Source of the DNA: Fistulifera solaris
Taxonomy: Eukaryota
Direction of reading: 5' to 3'
DNA length: 64,000 nt
NCBI GenBank assembly: GCA_030295235.1
Contig: AP026139.1
Location: 682,001-746,000, forward strand
The first letter of the stretch is position 1, and each line of letters begins with the position of its first letter. Positions 35,797-47,722 of this stretch are shown here, piece by piece. The position numbers and the translations under genes are program-made. A model generated the notes under the pieces. The model searched no databases. It saw only the letters and a list, made by a program, of their open reading frames with translations, and had not been told where the DNA came from.

Positions 35797-38700
35797 TCAA
35801 CCTGATAGTATACCTTTTCCCGCGGGCAATTCGACCTCTCCGGCAGTCACAGTGAACAGCGCTAATCTTGCCTTCTTTGAAGTAGAGACATGCGAATACG
35901 ATGGAGACAAGTCTGATACTCCCAGATACGAAGCACGGACATCACTGCAGTTAGCATACCGATCGTAGAACTGGCTTACTGTTTCAGCAGCATGGTCGTC
36001 ATCGTAGCCTGCTTGGATTCCACCCCATACCAAGCACCCATCTGTGCGATTCACAGTCCCATGCTCGTAGGTAAAATCCAAAAACCGGTGAATTTGTTGG
36101 GGCGGCGCAAAGGCATACACCGCCATAGAGTGAATCATGAGATCTCCTAACCTCCGGCGATAGATGTGTCCTTGACGATCAATGAAACGAAGAAACTGGG
36201 CAACGTCAGGCCTATTGAAAAAATCAAGGTCAGCCACAAACAAGTTGTTGTAGATACCACACATTTCTAAATCGATGGGGCGTTGCGGTTTGAATCCTGG
36301 GTGTCGCTTGGTCCACATCGTCCACATGCGCTGTGTTACTTTCATCTCGTAGGCACACATTCGAAAGCCGTAAACAAATTGTTGCGATGACATGTAGTCG
36401 AATATATCATAGCGAATGGGCGAATGAATGAAACTGTCCTCATCCAAACGCCATATGTAACGATAATGGCAACCCCCCTGCACATTTAGCTGCGAAAAAT
36501 AATCCCAGATATCAATGGCGAACCAGTGCATCATGCGGCGGTACCCCTCTGAAAATAAAGGCCATGCAAACCAATCGGCGGGATTGTCGTTTATATGATG
36601 AATGGGACGTGACCAGTACGATGAGTTCGTCAAGTCTACCAAATGCAAAACACCCTTCAAATTTAATGCGTCTTGCATCAAGTTCCAATCCATTTCCGTG
36701 AAGTCTCCACTATGGAACACAAAAACATCCGCAGTTCCATCGTGTGTGTCAAGGTAGTTCTTCTTGAGAAGCTGCATCGATTTTAACAAATTTGAGAAAC
36801 TATCCCGACCTTCATAGCTAGAATGGGTCTTCTGTGCCAGGTAAACTATGGCATTTGAATTGTTACGGACTCCGGGAGTTCGTACAATTGAGGTATTTTT
36901 CATGGTTTCGGTAACATATGTAAACGTTATTCGTTGTTGAGCCTTAGACTCCTGTTTTTCAAGTTCTTCACTAACCAACAGGCTAAGTTCCTTAGCAAAA
37001 AGTGCGGGGACAGAGTCTTCTAAAGAGATGCTAGTCAAATTCGGATTCCAGTATATCGCCGCTTCAGAAACCGTACTCGCGCCATGTATCAAGTATTGAC
37101 ATCGTGCAAGCGCCATAATATCGACCACGGTCTCTGCATTCACGCGGTGATGGGAGGCGTAAAAATGCGGCAGCCATTCCCTACTCCTACCTTTCAAGGA
37201 CCGAACAACTTGATAGCCTTGATGCAATAGCTCAAGCGAAGCTGTGACGTTCTCGTTTTCGAGCTGTTTGTGCAAGAAATTCAAAGCAGTTCTAGATTCG
37301 GTCGCCAGATAAACACAATGCCCACCAGCCTCCGCGAAGGCACGAATGTATTCCAAATACTTTTCCAAAGAGATCTTTCTACGAAATTTTCCTTGCTTAT
37401 CAATACTGCGAATATGCACCCCGAGGCAAAGAGGACTTTCTCGTGTGAGAGCGAAGACGCGATCTACCCGCTGCTGCAAATAAGATAAAGGGCGGAAGTG
37501 TTCCTGCAAAATCGAGTGCGCTCTCTGGCGCAGTTCCGGTAAAGACTCGGCGGACCACAAAGTCACTTCATCGTAGTGCCAGGCACGGATCGACGAGGGA
37601 TCGTACAACTCGAGGCCCGTTACGAGAGACGATCCCATCTGCATTAACGGTAATTGCAATCGACACCTCTTGGACGGACGAATCGGTTCAAAATAGCTGT
37701 TCCAAATTCCATTTCCGTGCAACGTAAGCGTAGAGTTTGTCTGCGAGATCACCTCAGGTGACTCGGGATAAAATCGTCCCAATGAATCGTGTTGGACCGT
37801 GGCGGCAATACCTGCCAAAACAGTTACTGTTTGATTGTCTGCATCATGAAAGTCTGGATCGTACACCAAATGATTTTCTTGCGGATCCAAATGCACCCAG
37901 GGCAGCAGCTGATATTGTGCCGCATATCGCAATTGATTCAATATCGTGGTAAAGAATGATCTGCCGAATCCATGTCCACCCGCGTTATGGATGAGTAAAA
38001 TACCTTGGTAGTTACTACAGTTCACTGTCGCGTCATCAATGATTCTTTCGACCTTGTCTTCGTCCACTTCCCACCACACATCAGTACGAACACGAGCCGG
38101 GTAAAGAGAGGACGACTGATTCCGCATTTGCAGCAGCGTTCGAAATTGTGCTACCGTAAGCCGCTCATCGGGATCTTCCAAATCAACACTCACTAACTGT
38201 GCGTTCAGCCACAAGGCTGACTCAGAAACGGCCGATAAGCCGTGCAACAAGTAATGACATTGTGACAAGGCCTGTATTTCAATCAAAACTTCAGTATTGG
38301 TCTGGTGATGATGATGCTGAGGCATATCAAAGACGGCGGTCGCGTTGGTCGAGCGGAGTGCTTGGAAGGTTCGGATGCGGGACGTAATATGAGACGGCCA
38401 GTAATTTTGTATTTCTTGTAACACCAAATCACTGTCGGTGGCAAGATAAATGGCCCAGTCGTCATTTTTGTTGTACCGAGTATTCTGTTGTTGCGCAAAC
38501 GCCAATACATACGGCAAAAACTCGGACGTTTCCAAAACACGACGCCCAGCCGCCTTGTCGGAATGTCTTATGTGTAATCCCAGCAGCACCGAAGCCGGTG
38601 GATTGACCAACGCCGCCGCATGCCGGATCGGTGCCCGCAATCGAATGTATTGCTGCACGATACGCGCAGCCGTTGCCCGTTGAGGCGCAATCCATTCGTG

Positions 38701-39582
38701 AAAGGGCATGTGCAGTTGTGTCACATAATCAGGCAAATAATGATACCGCCAACACCGCGGTGCATAATCGGTAAATCCGTGCAATCCGGGCGTAATCAAA
38801 AACAAATCCATCGTGACATAGGTGTGACACGACGTGTCACCCGGAATATAATCCGAAATGGGCTCAAAGTAATGTTCCCATACTCCAGTTCCAGTTAAAG
38901 TGAGTTGATGCATCGATACGGAGTGAGACACATCCGGCGGACCGGGCGAGAAGTCTTTCATATGCCCACCAGGTCGACGCACATAAGTTGCATTTCGGGC
39001 TTGCATCGGAGGATTCAAGAGTACGTGTTGGTGTTGATGCGCTTGATGCACCAACGGATCATATACAATATGACTGACATTATTGAAATGTACCCACGGC
39101 GTCAAATTGTACTGTTCGGCATAAAGGATTTGACTGACTACGAATTGAAAGAAAATGGTGCCGGCAGCACCACCGATATCTCCCATTTGAATGTGGTAAA
39201 CGCCCTGCGTGTGTTGACAGGCTTGGTGTGTGGGAGTGGTGCGCGTGGATACAGTGCGTAACGCTTCTAACGAATTGAGATTGCTGTAGAAAGATTCATC
39301 ATCGTCGTCGTCAGTGTTGCTGTCAACATAATTCTTACGAGAATGACTGTCATTGTCAATTCCTGATTTCTGTTGTTGCGGTTGCTCCTTCTTGTAGTCA
39401 TCCTTCTTGCTTGTATTATCAACCTCTCTTTCTTTAGTGTTCTTGTAGATGAAAGAAGAAGAAGAATGATGATGAATGGTCGCTTTGTAACCCAAATACA
39501 AGTTCACAAACGCAACCGTCACAATAAACAGCACCAACAGTATCAACGATGGTGTTTTCATTCGACGAGCAGCGGCTTTCAT
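35797..39582 (-). CDS. Type-II membrane multi-domain glycosyltransferase: two NodZ/GT23-like modules plus a GT15 (KRE2/Mnt1)-like module
   Basis: N-terminal anchor; LGLHIRHSDK...IYLATDS and LGVHIRSIDK...VYLATES; GYRRMMHWF...YIWRLDED...YNN...RRLGD. Confidence 0.75.
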   Translation of the reverse strand: MKAAARRMKTPSLILLVLFIVTVAFVNLYLGYKATIHHHSSSSFIYKNTKEREVDNTSKKDDYKKEQPQQQKSGIDNDSHSRKNYVDSNTDDDDDESFYSNLNSLEALRTVSTRTTPTHQACQHTQGVYHIQMGDIGGAAGTIFFQFVVSQILYAEQYNLTPWVHFNNVSHIVYDPLVHQAHQHQHVLLNPPMQARNATYVRRPGGHMKDFSPGPPDVSHSVSMHQLTLTGTGVWEHYFEPISDYIPGDTSCHTYVTMDLFLITPGLHGFTDYAPRCWRYHYLPDYVTQLHMPFHEWIAPQRATAARIVQQYIRLRAPIRHAAALVNPPASVLLGLHIRHSDKAAGRRVLETSEFLPYVLAFAQQQNTRYNKNDDWAIYLATDSDLVLQEIQNYWPSHITSRIRTFQALRSTNATAVFDMPQHHHHQTNTEVLIEIQALSQCHYLLHGLSAVSESALWLNAQLVSVDLEDPDERLTVAQFRTLLQMRNQSSSLYPARVRTDVWWEVDEDKVERIIDDATVNCSNYQGILLIHNAGGHGFGRSFFTTILNQLRYAAQYQLLPWVHLDPQENHLVYDPDFHDADNQTVTVLAGIAATVQHDSLGRFYPESPEVISQTNSTLTLHGNGIWNSYFEPIRPSKRCRLQLPLMQMGSSLVTGLELYDPSSIRAWHYDEVTLWSAESLPELRQRAHSILQEHFRPLSYLQQRVDRVFALTRESPLCLGVHIRSIDKQGKFRRKISLEKYLEYIRAFAEAGGHCVYLATESRTALNFLHKQLENENVTASLELLHQGYQVVRSLKGRSREWLPHFYASHHRVNAETVVDIMALARCQYLIHGASTVSEAAIYWNPNLTSISLEDSVPALFAKELSLLVSEELEKQESKAQQRITFTYVTETMKNTSIVRTPGVRNNSNAIVYLAQKTHSSYEGRDSFSNLLKSMQLLKKNYLDTHDGTADVFVFHSGDFTEMDWNLMQDALNLKGVLHLVDLTNSSYWSRPIHHINDNPADWFAWPLFSEGYRRMMHWFAIDIWDYFSQLNVQGGCHYRYIWRLDEDSFIHSPIRYDIFDYMSSQQFVYGFRMCAYEMKVTQRMWTMWTKRHPGFKPQRPIDLEMCGIYNNLFVADLDFFNRPDVAQFLRFIDRQGHIYRRRLGDLMIHSMAVYAFAPPQQIHRFLDFTYEHGTVNRTDGCLVWGGIQAGYDDDHAAETVSQFYDRYANCSDVRASYLGVSDLSPSYSHVSTSKKARLALFTVTAGEVELPAGKGILSG

Positions 39583-39632
39583 TATTCGAATCAATCTCGT
39601 AACCCAAACATGCTTTAGCGTTAATTGTTCAT

Positions 39633-39928
39633 TCGAATGTTGTCTATTGAAGCGAAATGAGCATGTCAGAGAAAGAAAGAATGGCATTGATGCAAAATAG
39701 ACCCGAAGAATGGTGTGATCGAAAATCCATTTTCCACTGACATCCGGGTACCCCCTCTTTCGATAAATTTCTCAACGAGAGCTACGTGAAAACTGCGTGG
39801 ACATTCGAATAATGCAATATTTTTCGTCTGTTTTTACGTATTGGTGTCAATTCGCTGTCGAATGTTGTCTACTGACACGATTTATTCATGTCAGAGGAAG
39901 AAAGAATGGCATTGATGCAAAGAGACCT
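39633..39928. repeat. Imperfect ~70-bp direct repeat, 225-bp spacing
   Basis: TCGAATGTTGTCTA...CATGTCAGAG.AAGAAAGAATGGCATTGATGCAAA at 39633 and 39858. Confidence 0.8.
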
Positions 39929-40147
39929 ATCTTGCAGAATAAACGGAGTTTTTAAATAATTTGCAGTGGGTCTCTTGAGTTTTTTTTCATGACTGAAATG
40001 CAGACGTGGTTGTGTTGGACTCAAGAGCAACCTTAATCAATTGAGGTGTTCGTCTATAGTCTAAAGCCTAATGCAACAGATTATATGGTATTCAAATGTA
40101 GTCAGCCATGTTGCCTATCAAACCATGAAAACGAACCTTTGACAAAA

Positions 40148-41089
40148 CTAAAACGATATTGCCTTCCCTGCATAATCATACAATCCACCCGAATGCTTTG
40201 CTTCCAAGTGTTGCAACACTTGCAATAGCTGTTCCACTGTGTATTCTGGTGCAAATAAGGACTCTGGCCTGACATTTCGTTGAAAGGGTTGACTCAAATC
40301 AGTGCGAGTCGTCCCCGGATGCAGAGCCACACAATACATGGGGGCTTGGTTCCGACGGACCCTGGCTAATTCCAACGCGCTTGTTCTGGTGAATTGATTC
40401 AAGGCACTTTTACTCATACGATAGGAATACCACCCGCCTAATTGATTGTCGGTAATCGAACCAACTCGCGCCGATAGATTGGCAATGACGCGGGGTGTCG
40501 AAGTCATCGATTGCTGCTGCATGAGCGGCAGCATTTGTTGAGTCCACAAAATAGGTCCCAAGACATTGACTTGCATTGTTTGTAAGAACCAGTCGGGTTG
40601 AATTTGCGATAGAGCGCGTTCCGGCATGTGTGTTTCGTCGTGCAAAATGCCGGCCACATTCAGTAAAACGTGAACGGGTCGGCCTTGGAGCTGGTTTTTC
40701 AATTCCTCTCCGGCTTGTTGTATGCTAACAGGATCCGTTAAGTCTAACGCCAGAGGAATTACGCGGTCTGGGACGCTGAAAGATAAATCACGCGTTGGAT
40801 TCCGACAGCAAGCCACAACCGTCCCTTGATAGTCTTGCAAAAACGTTTCACAAAATTGTTTTCCAATTCCTCGTGAAGCTCCAGTTACCACATAAACAGC
40901 ATCGGGATCATCACGAGGTATATTCTTGTTGCTGTTGTGGGAAACATCAACATCCGGAAAGATGGGTACGCCTAATGTTCCGGGAGGAACGTGTTGTGTC
41001 GCCCATCGACGCGTAATATTATTGTGGTTGGTGGCAACGCGAGATGACGACAGAGTAAAGGCGAAGACCGATCGAAACGGAAGTAACAT
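40148..41089 (-). CDS. Short-chain dehydrogenase/reductase, CsgA/C-factor-like
   Basis: VTGASRGIG; SARVGSITDNQLGGWYSYRMSK (YxxxK); LHPGT. Confidence 0.9.
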   Translation of the reverse strand: MLLPFRSVFAFTLSSSRVATNHNNITRRWATQHVPPGTLGVPIFPDVDVSHNSNKNIPRDDPDAVYVVTGASRGIGKQFCETFLQDYQGTVVACCRNPTRDLSFSVPDRVIPLALDLTDPVSIQQAGEELKNQLQGRPVHVLLNVAGILHDETHMPERALSQIQPDWFLQTMQVNVLGPILWTQQMLPLMQQQSMTSTPRVIANLSARVGSITDNQLGGWYSYRMSKSALNQFTRTSALELARVRRNQAPMYCVALHPGTTRTDLSQPFQRNVRPESLFAPEYTVEQLLQVLQHLEAKHSGGLYDYAGKAISF

Positions 41090-41410
41090 GCTAATAACTT
41101 GCTTAGATTGCCTGAGGTATGAAAGAGCAAGAGGAAAAACACTGATCGTATAGTCAATGGAGTAACAATGTACCATTGCATGACAAAGGTTCACACTTTG
41201 CGTTAAACACGTCGTTTTTCTTTCGCAAGAAAAAAAAAGAAAAGAAAAAATGAGTCAGAACATACTTATGTCTTTCCGGTTGTGAAAGATGATAAGTTTC
41301 CAGGATTTCTGGAACCGCCAGATTTTCTAAAATAGGTATTCTTGTTCAGAGGCAGTAGCTAAGTTAATGAGGTTCGTACCGACGACAAGCTGTTGCTGAT
41401 TGCAAACAAG

Positions 41411-41789
41411 ACATGCAAATGATAGAAAAAATCGAAAAAGAGGGAAGTGCCACAAATCGAGTGATCATTATTGCAATGACGAACGGTCACTACTCGTGAC
41501 TGCGATCCAGTCATGTTGAAAAACGGTCAACACTTCGACACTATAGTGAAAATGAAAGTCCAGCATTAGAGACCATTTTCGACGTTACTGATCGACAAGT
41601 GTGTTACAAAAGTAAGCATTTTGACTAAATCATCCCCACTGGCACATGCAAATGTTAGAAAAAATCGAAAAAGAGGGAAGTGCCACAAATCGAGTGATCA
41701 TTATTGCAATGACGAACGGTCACTACTCGTGACTGCGATCCAGTCATGTTGAAAAACGGTCAACACTTCGACACTATAGTGAAAATGAA
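41411..41789. repeat. 146-bp near-perfect direct repeat (41411-41556 and 41644-41789)
   Basis: Direct comparison shows one mismatch; 87-bp spacer. Confidence 0.92.
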
Positions 41790-42069
41790 CAAAAACACCG
41801 TTACCGAGTACCGTACCAGGTATTCTGGAACGTACTTGTACACAATATTTCTGCTGGTATAATAAGATCAACAACAACAAAAGAATATTTCATGATGATT
41901 CGGCACACCAAAGACCAAAGGCCTTAAGTTGATCTCTTTGCTGAAAACAAAATGTACGACGAATCTTTAATGAAACTTCAAACTGCGAAAGAGAGTTGTA
42001 TTAGGTTTTATCAAAATAGTTGCGGCTGATGTTGCAGATTTTGCTGCTGGGCAACAAATAAGTTCAAGG

Positions 42070-43892
42070 ATGAACTTTCTGGTGTTGTTCGATCGACCGC
42101 ATCCTCTGTATCTGGCGGGCGAAACTATCACAGGAACGATCCAGTGCAGTTTGAAGATAAAGAATAATGAAACACAACAAAAAGAATTCGAAGAGAAGGA
42201 AGATGATAGCGTTTTCTCTATCAGTTCACTGTTTGTTACATTCTCGTGCATCGCCGAATGTGGATGGAAGGAAGCGACTACAAAGAATAAGGAAAGCATC
42301 AGCCCCACTTTCTACTACATTTCCAGACAAATACTCTTTTTCAGCAAGAATCAGACTCTGCATTCGTCACAGCACCTCAGATAATCCCACGGGGCGCAAC
42401 TAGTGTCGAAATGGACTCGCGTTACAACACGACTTCGACCACTTCCGACAGCAACGACGACAACGAGACCTCGTTTTGGATATTTCAAGTGCTTTGGTGG
42501 CCCCGGACATCACAACACAGTAGCGAGAATAGTACGCTTCTTGGTCTAGGGCAAGTGATGGTGGAAAAAGATGACGCGCAATTGAAGGAAACGGCCGAAC
42601 AAGCATCTTATTTCATTACGCCTAGCATACATTCGGAAGGAGCTGTGCCTTCCGCACAATCCATTGAGGTCTCTTTTTCTCGAGAACTTTCAACGATTCA
42701 TTCTGTAACTTTACAACAGCCATTCATGGAAGGCGGGTCTTTGCAAGTAACACGCCGTTTACTCACGAGCAGAAAGAACGACGACAATCAGTCTCCTCGA
42801 ATCGCCGTACCGTTTTCGTTTGCGATACCTCGCAACGCTCCGTCCAGTCTAGCTATAGCAACCCCACAGGCGCAAGTTCGATATGCTGTCACAATCATGT
42901 GGGTGGGCGAGAGTCACCGAGTGCACGAACAAGAACTTTGGGTCGTACCGCATCCGCCTCCTTTTGCCAGCATCTTGTACCGTCCTACCGGGACCGTACA
43001 ACAAGAAGTCTCATTACAACCCAAACGTGGCTTCTTTGGGTTCGGTAATTTTACCAGCGATCCTGATGACGACTATTGTATCACATGTCAAATGGGATTG
43101 TCGCAAAGAATCTATGCGCCGGGGGATATCCTGCAATTCACTTCGCAGACAAAAGTTGAGAATTATACGCACGATCAAGATATTCAGATTTCGTTCCGCT
43201 TGATTCGTACTTTGACGTGCACGGTTTTGGATGGATACGTACGCCGACAAGTAACTAGCAAATCATATCCGATAGGGACATTACGTAAGCGAAGATTTTC
43301 TAAAGTTCTTTACCCGCATGAAACCTGGGAGCCAACTCGGCAACTACAGGACCGCGATTCTACCTTTGTTATTCCTTCTGTTCCGCCGAGTACGTGTCTT
43401 ACAGAAGGTTCGAATTTACCCGTGCAGGTTTCGTACACAGTGCAGCTACACGTCAGTCCGGCCAATAGCAATGAAACGCTGGCTCAATCGGAATTGCCCG
43501 TTTACATTTGTGCATTGCCGCCAAGGACTGTGTCGAAATTTCCGGACGGGGCCGAATGGGACTCAACCGAGAATTGGGAGGAAGCTCGTTCAGAATGCAC
43601 TGTCAACGACTCTCTGCCTTTACCCACAATGAGCGTTTCACCCAGTAAAAACAATGCCCTTTGGAACGTAACAATCAATGGACAATCTGGTGTTTATTCC
43701 CCTCGTGAGCACGTATTGACAATGTTGCACGAGGAAGACGATGAACAATCTGACGGCGAAGACTCCATACTGAGGGAAGAAGAGAGGGTTGTGCAGAGCC
43801 GAACAACGACTGTCCCCGACGATGAAAGTCTTTCCGATCCGGACGATGAAGATGACGGCAATCAGTTTTCCGCGTCGGACGAAGAGGAGTGA
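42070..43892 (+). CDS. Arrestin-fold protein; apparent frameshift near 42340
   Basis: LYLAGETITGTI; VPFSFAIP...PSS...VRYAV; IYAPGD; IPSVPPS...VSYTV; frames join at the T run in CTCTTTTTCAGC. Confidence 0.7.
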
Positions 43893-43973
43893 TCGGGCTC
43901 CAAACTGCCGCATGACAGGACATGCCAATTACAAAAAAATTGCTTTGCCGATTTGGAGCGTTCATTCTGTTTG

Positions 43974-45138
43974 CTACGTCTCGAAGTTCAGTTTCGTTTT
44001 ATGATACCGAGGGCGAGACTTATCAACGTTCATCCAATACGAAAGTACTGTTGGTTCTTCATGACCATCATCGGACGTCGTGTACCAACTATTTTCGGTA
44101 TTCATTGCTTCGTTGGCGAGCTCTGTCGGAAAATATGGAAAGAAGCAAGGACCGCGTGTGTTTGAAAGTGTGTGAGAAGTCTGTTTCTAACGCAAACTTC
44201 ATTCTCCATCCGACATCGAAACTTACGATCCGCTAATTGATTGTCTGATCGATAGACATGCAACATAGTACATTCCTCCGGCTGTATTTCTTCCTCCAGC
44301 AGTCGCATCGCTTCTTCAAAATACGGTTTTAAACTCTCTTTATTGACCTTCCACTGTTTCTGCATTTGTTGAATGACTAAATTCGAATCTCCCTGAACGT
44401 GCAACTCCACCAAAATTGGGCGTTCTGTATTGAGTTGCAGCTTTCGCAATTCTTCTGCGGCAATCGTTAATCCGACAATGACTCCATTGTATTCGGCTTC
44501 ATTGTTAGTGGCCGGTAATGGCACGAACGAACGAGCATGCCAGGTTTTCGTTTGCCATTGTGGAATCGTCGCTGTATTATTACCACTAGAGGAAGGTATT
44601 TGTTGCGTGATACGAACCACAGCACCCGAACCAGCTCTTCCTGGATTCCCCCGTGAACCACCATCGAATTGAATGGCAATGATCACTGGAGGCGCATCGG
44701 TGCAACGCGGTCTCTTTCGTTGTGTGATGGAAACGCCCGTCGTTCGTTTGTTAGTGGCTCGATCCGCATCGTCAACACTGCCGCCATTCGCTCTTAAAAA
44801 GTTCTGTGCTTCTTGCTCTGTAGCAAACCCCTTAAATGATGCACCAGAGTAGCCTTTGACCTAAAACATGATGTTTATGAGTATTGTCGAGGAAAGGGAA
44901 AATGATTTGTGAATCATCTACCATCTTGAGTAGCAACACGTTTTGCACAAGCAAGTCTTTTTCCTTTGGATTATTGCTTCGATCTGCAAGCCGCGATCGC
45001 ATGTGTATACGTGCAGTTTCAAATACATTTCCTTTCTTTATGACTTACCTGAGCTTCACACTGTGGCCAAGAACGAAAGATGCCCGTACTGTGTCCTCTT
45101 GCGACCGCATAAAATCGTTTCTTGCCTTTATTACCCAT
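43974..45138 (-). CDS. RNH1: Ribonuclease H1 (hybrid-binding domain plus RNase HI domain); three exons
   Basis: FYAVARGHSTGIFRSWPQCEAQ|VKGYSGASFKGF; FDGGSRGNPG, TNNEAEY, GDS, NQLAD|QLANEA; introns 45048-44861 and 44226 to about 44122. Confidence 0.88.
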
Positions 45139-46219
45139 TTAATAGTTGTCGATATCGCAATACTAGAAAAAGACAAAGGAATGCATCAAACAGAAACAGC
45201 AAGAGGAACAAAAATGAGAGAGACTTGAAAATAATACGTACTACGTAGTAATGTTTTGCTGCACCGCCGCGTAAAAGTTCAGTTCATTAACGCTTAAGGT
45301 TAGAGGTAAAATGGCTCATAACGATTTCGTTTCAAGACTGAAAATCAGTCGTTAACACTTTGTCCCATAGTAAAATGAGAAAAAACGACCCGTCGAGATT
45401 TTTCCACATCCAAGAATTGAATTGACACGTGCGCTGCGAATACAGCTGAAGGCAATTTCATCCCACTGAGATCAATGTAGATTGTAGATGAGCAAGATCG
45501 AAGAATGAAAGAGATAGCACGCAATCACGTCCCAAAAAGATTTTGATTCATGACTAAAAAACAGTCGTGGTGAAATTCGAACAAAATCTTTGTCCTATAC
45601 CTGGTACCAGGTAGTAATAAAGGGACGACAATATCTGCCAAGAATTGCCCACATCCAGGACTTCATTCAGACTTGTGTCTTAATGTTCATTAGACTGGCG
45701 AATTGATTCTAAATGCAAGCATTTACTCCTATGACAGCTCTGGATTATTGATCTGTCAATAGTGTAGGACATAAGTTCGCTAAACTCTCAATTTTATTTA
45801 GAGGAGGGGGGTTAACAAAAGACGTAATGCAGCTGACGCTAAATTTCTGAATAGAAATAGGTGTTAACGAAAGCCGATAACTCTCTCTCTAGCTCTCTCT
45901 AGAGAGAGATTCGACCGATAGATTTGCAGTCGTCACTCAATACGCAACGGACGCTTTCGCGGACCGTGAGACGTTGGACGGCCCGGCGCGCTCATCCTCG
46001 ACTATCCGTAGGAGAGTACATCGATTGTACCGTTGCTCGTGTTTCTCCCGTTTCGTCCTCTTTTTCGTTTCCTCCCTTTCTTTATTTCCATCCATCATCG
46101 TCTTGTTTGCATTTATTTGTGTTGCAGGAGCTTTCTCTTCTCATTGCGTAAACAACCAAGAAGAAGGAAATCTTACAGTCTCGCGTCGTAATTTAAGCAA
46201 CAAAGAAGCGCACACAAAC

Positions 46220-47617
46220 ATGGCTCGACGACAGTCCTTTCCGGTGACGGTGCTCTTCATTTTGTTCATTGTGGTCTTGACTTATTTAGTACAAATGAAT
46301 CAAATTGACATGACTTCGTTTCAAGAAGTATGGTCAAAAGCAACATCGGATACAGCTACACAGAAAACAACACTTCCTTCTTTGCGATTCGTATGGGATT
46401 CACAACCGACGAAAAGCACATCATCAACGACGCAACAAGAGAATGATTCGAGTGATCACAATGAAGACGACGACGATGACGATGATGATGATTTGAAAAA
46501 ACAAATAACAAAGACAAAGAGGAAAGCAAAGATGACGAGGAAGAGAGTAAAGATGATGATGGGGACGAAATTAGAGATGACGACGAGGAGAGTAAAGACG
46601 ACGATCAAGACGCAAGCACCGACAATGAAGGCGATAGTAGCGGTAGCGGTGACAGTGACGACGCAAATGACGGCAAAGCCCTTCGCAAACCACCTCGCTC
46701 GTCTTCCACTATCATTCCCAAAGTCGCTTGGCTGGCCAGTTATCCTAATTCAGGTACATCCTATACGATGACGACCGTCGAACGATCTACCGATTTGTCG
46801 ACCGCCACCATGTACGGCATTGAAATTGCTACCAAAGACAAAGATACATCGGAAGTTGTGACACCGGGAGGTCCCCTGTGGGAAGGTATGTCCGGAAAAC
46901 GCGGTACAACCATTCGTCCTTTGCCAACCACCTACGTTTTGACCAAAACACATTGTGGAGGGCGTTGCATCAAATGCCCCGCCACCGAATACGTCATTGA
47001 TGTTGAAGCCTTTCGTCAAGCCTGTTTGCGAACGACGGGATACGATCCACCCCGACAACGTTTTGAACGACAAATGAAAGTACCCGTCGCCAAAATTTTG
47101 CATTTAATTCGCAGTCCCTTTACCAACATTGTCGCGCGCTTCCATTTGGAGCAACGTCATTATGTACGAGAAGGTAACAGCAAGTACGAACGCGATGCCG
47201 ATGGCTTTCGTCAATGGTGCAAGGACTTGGACAAGAGATACAGCAAGACGGAACATTTAGTGTGGCAGGACGATCCGGCCTTGAAAGAACTGTTTTTGCA
47301 AGTGCCCTGTCGAGCGGAATTTTACAAATACACACAATGGCACAACCATTTGTTTCAATTGCGTGACATGTTGTCCAATCCAAAGGACGACTACTTAGTC
47401 GTACATTATGAAGACTACGAGACCAATTTAAATGCTACCATTGGGACGATTATGGACTTTTTTAGAGCAAGAAGTGGTGAACCCATTGCGCGAATTCCGA
47501 CCCTTGCCGGATTATGCCGATCATTTCTCGAAATCGGATCGTCGTCGGGTTCGACAGCTAGTTCAGTATATGTCATCGAGTGAAACGTGGAGCATGTTGG
47601 AGCGCTATCTGGAATAA
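46220..47617 (+). CDS. Golgi-type sulfotransferase-like protein; frameshifts near 46500 and 47460
   Basis: N-terminal TM, acidic stem, WLASYPNSGTSY (PAPS-binding loop), TKTHC, LIRSPF, VHYED. Confidence 0.75.
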
Positions 47618-47722
47618 TTCAAACATAATGAGTCGATATGCGTGCGCACGCTACGAAGAAAATAGAGAAATAATGTTTCACGATGAACGTGTTTTGCTGG
47701 ATAATAATTACACTTTGAATGA

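Noticed and set aside
41892..41944. Box C/D snoRNA (ATGATGA...CTGA)
   Set aside because: Only about 53 nt, weak terminal stem, no recognisable guide
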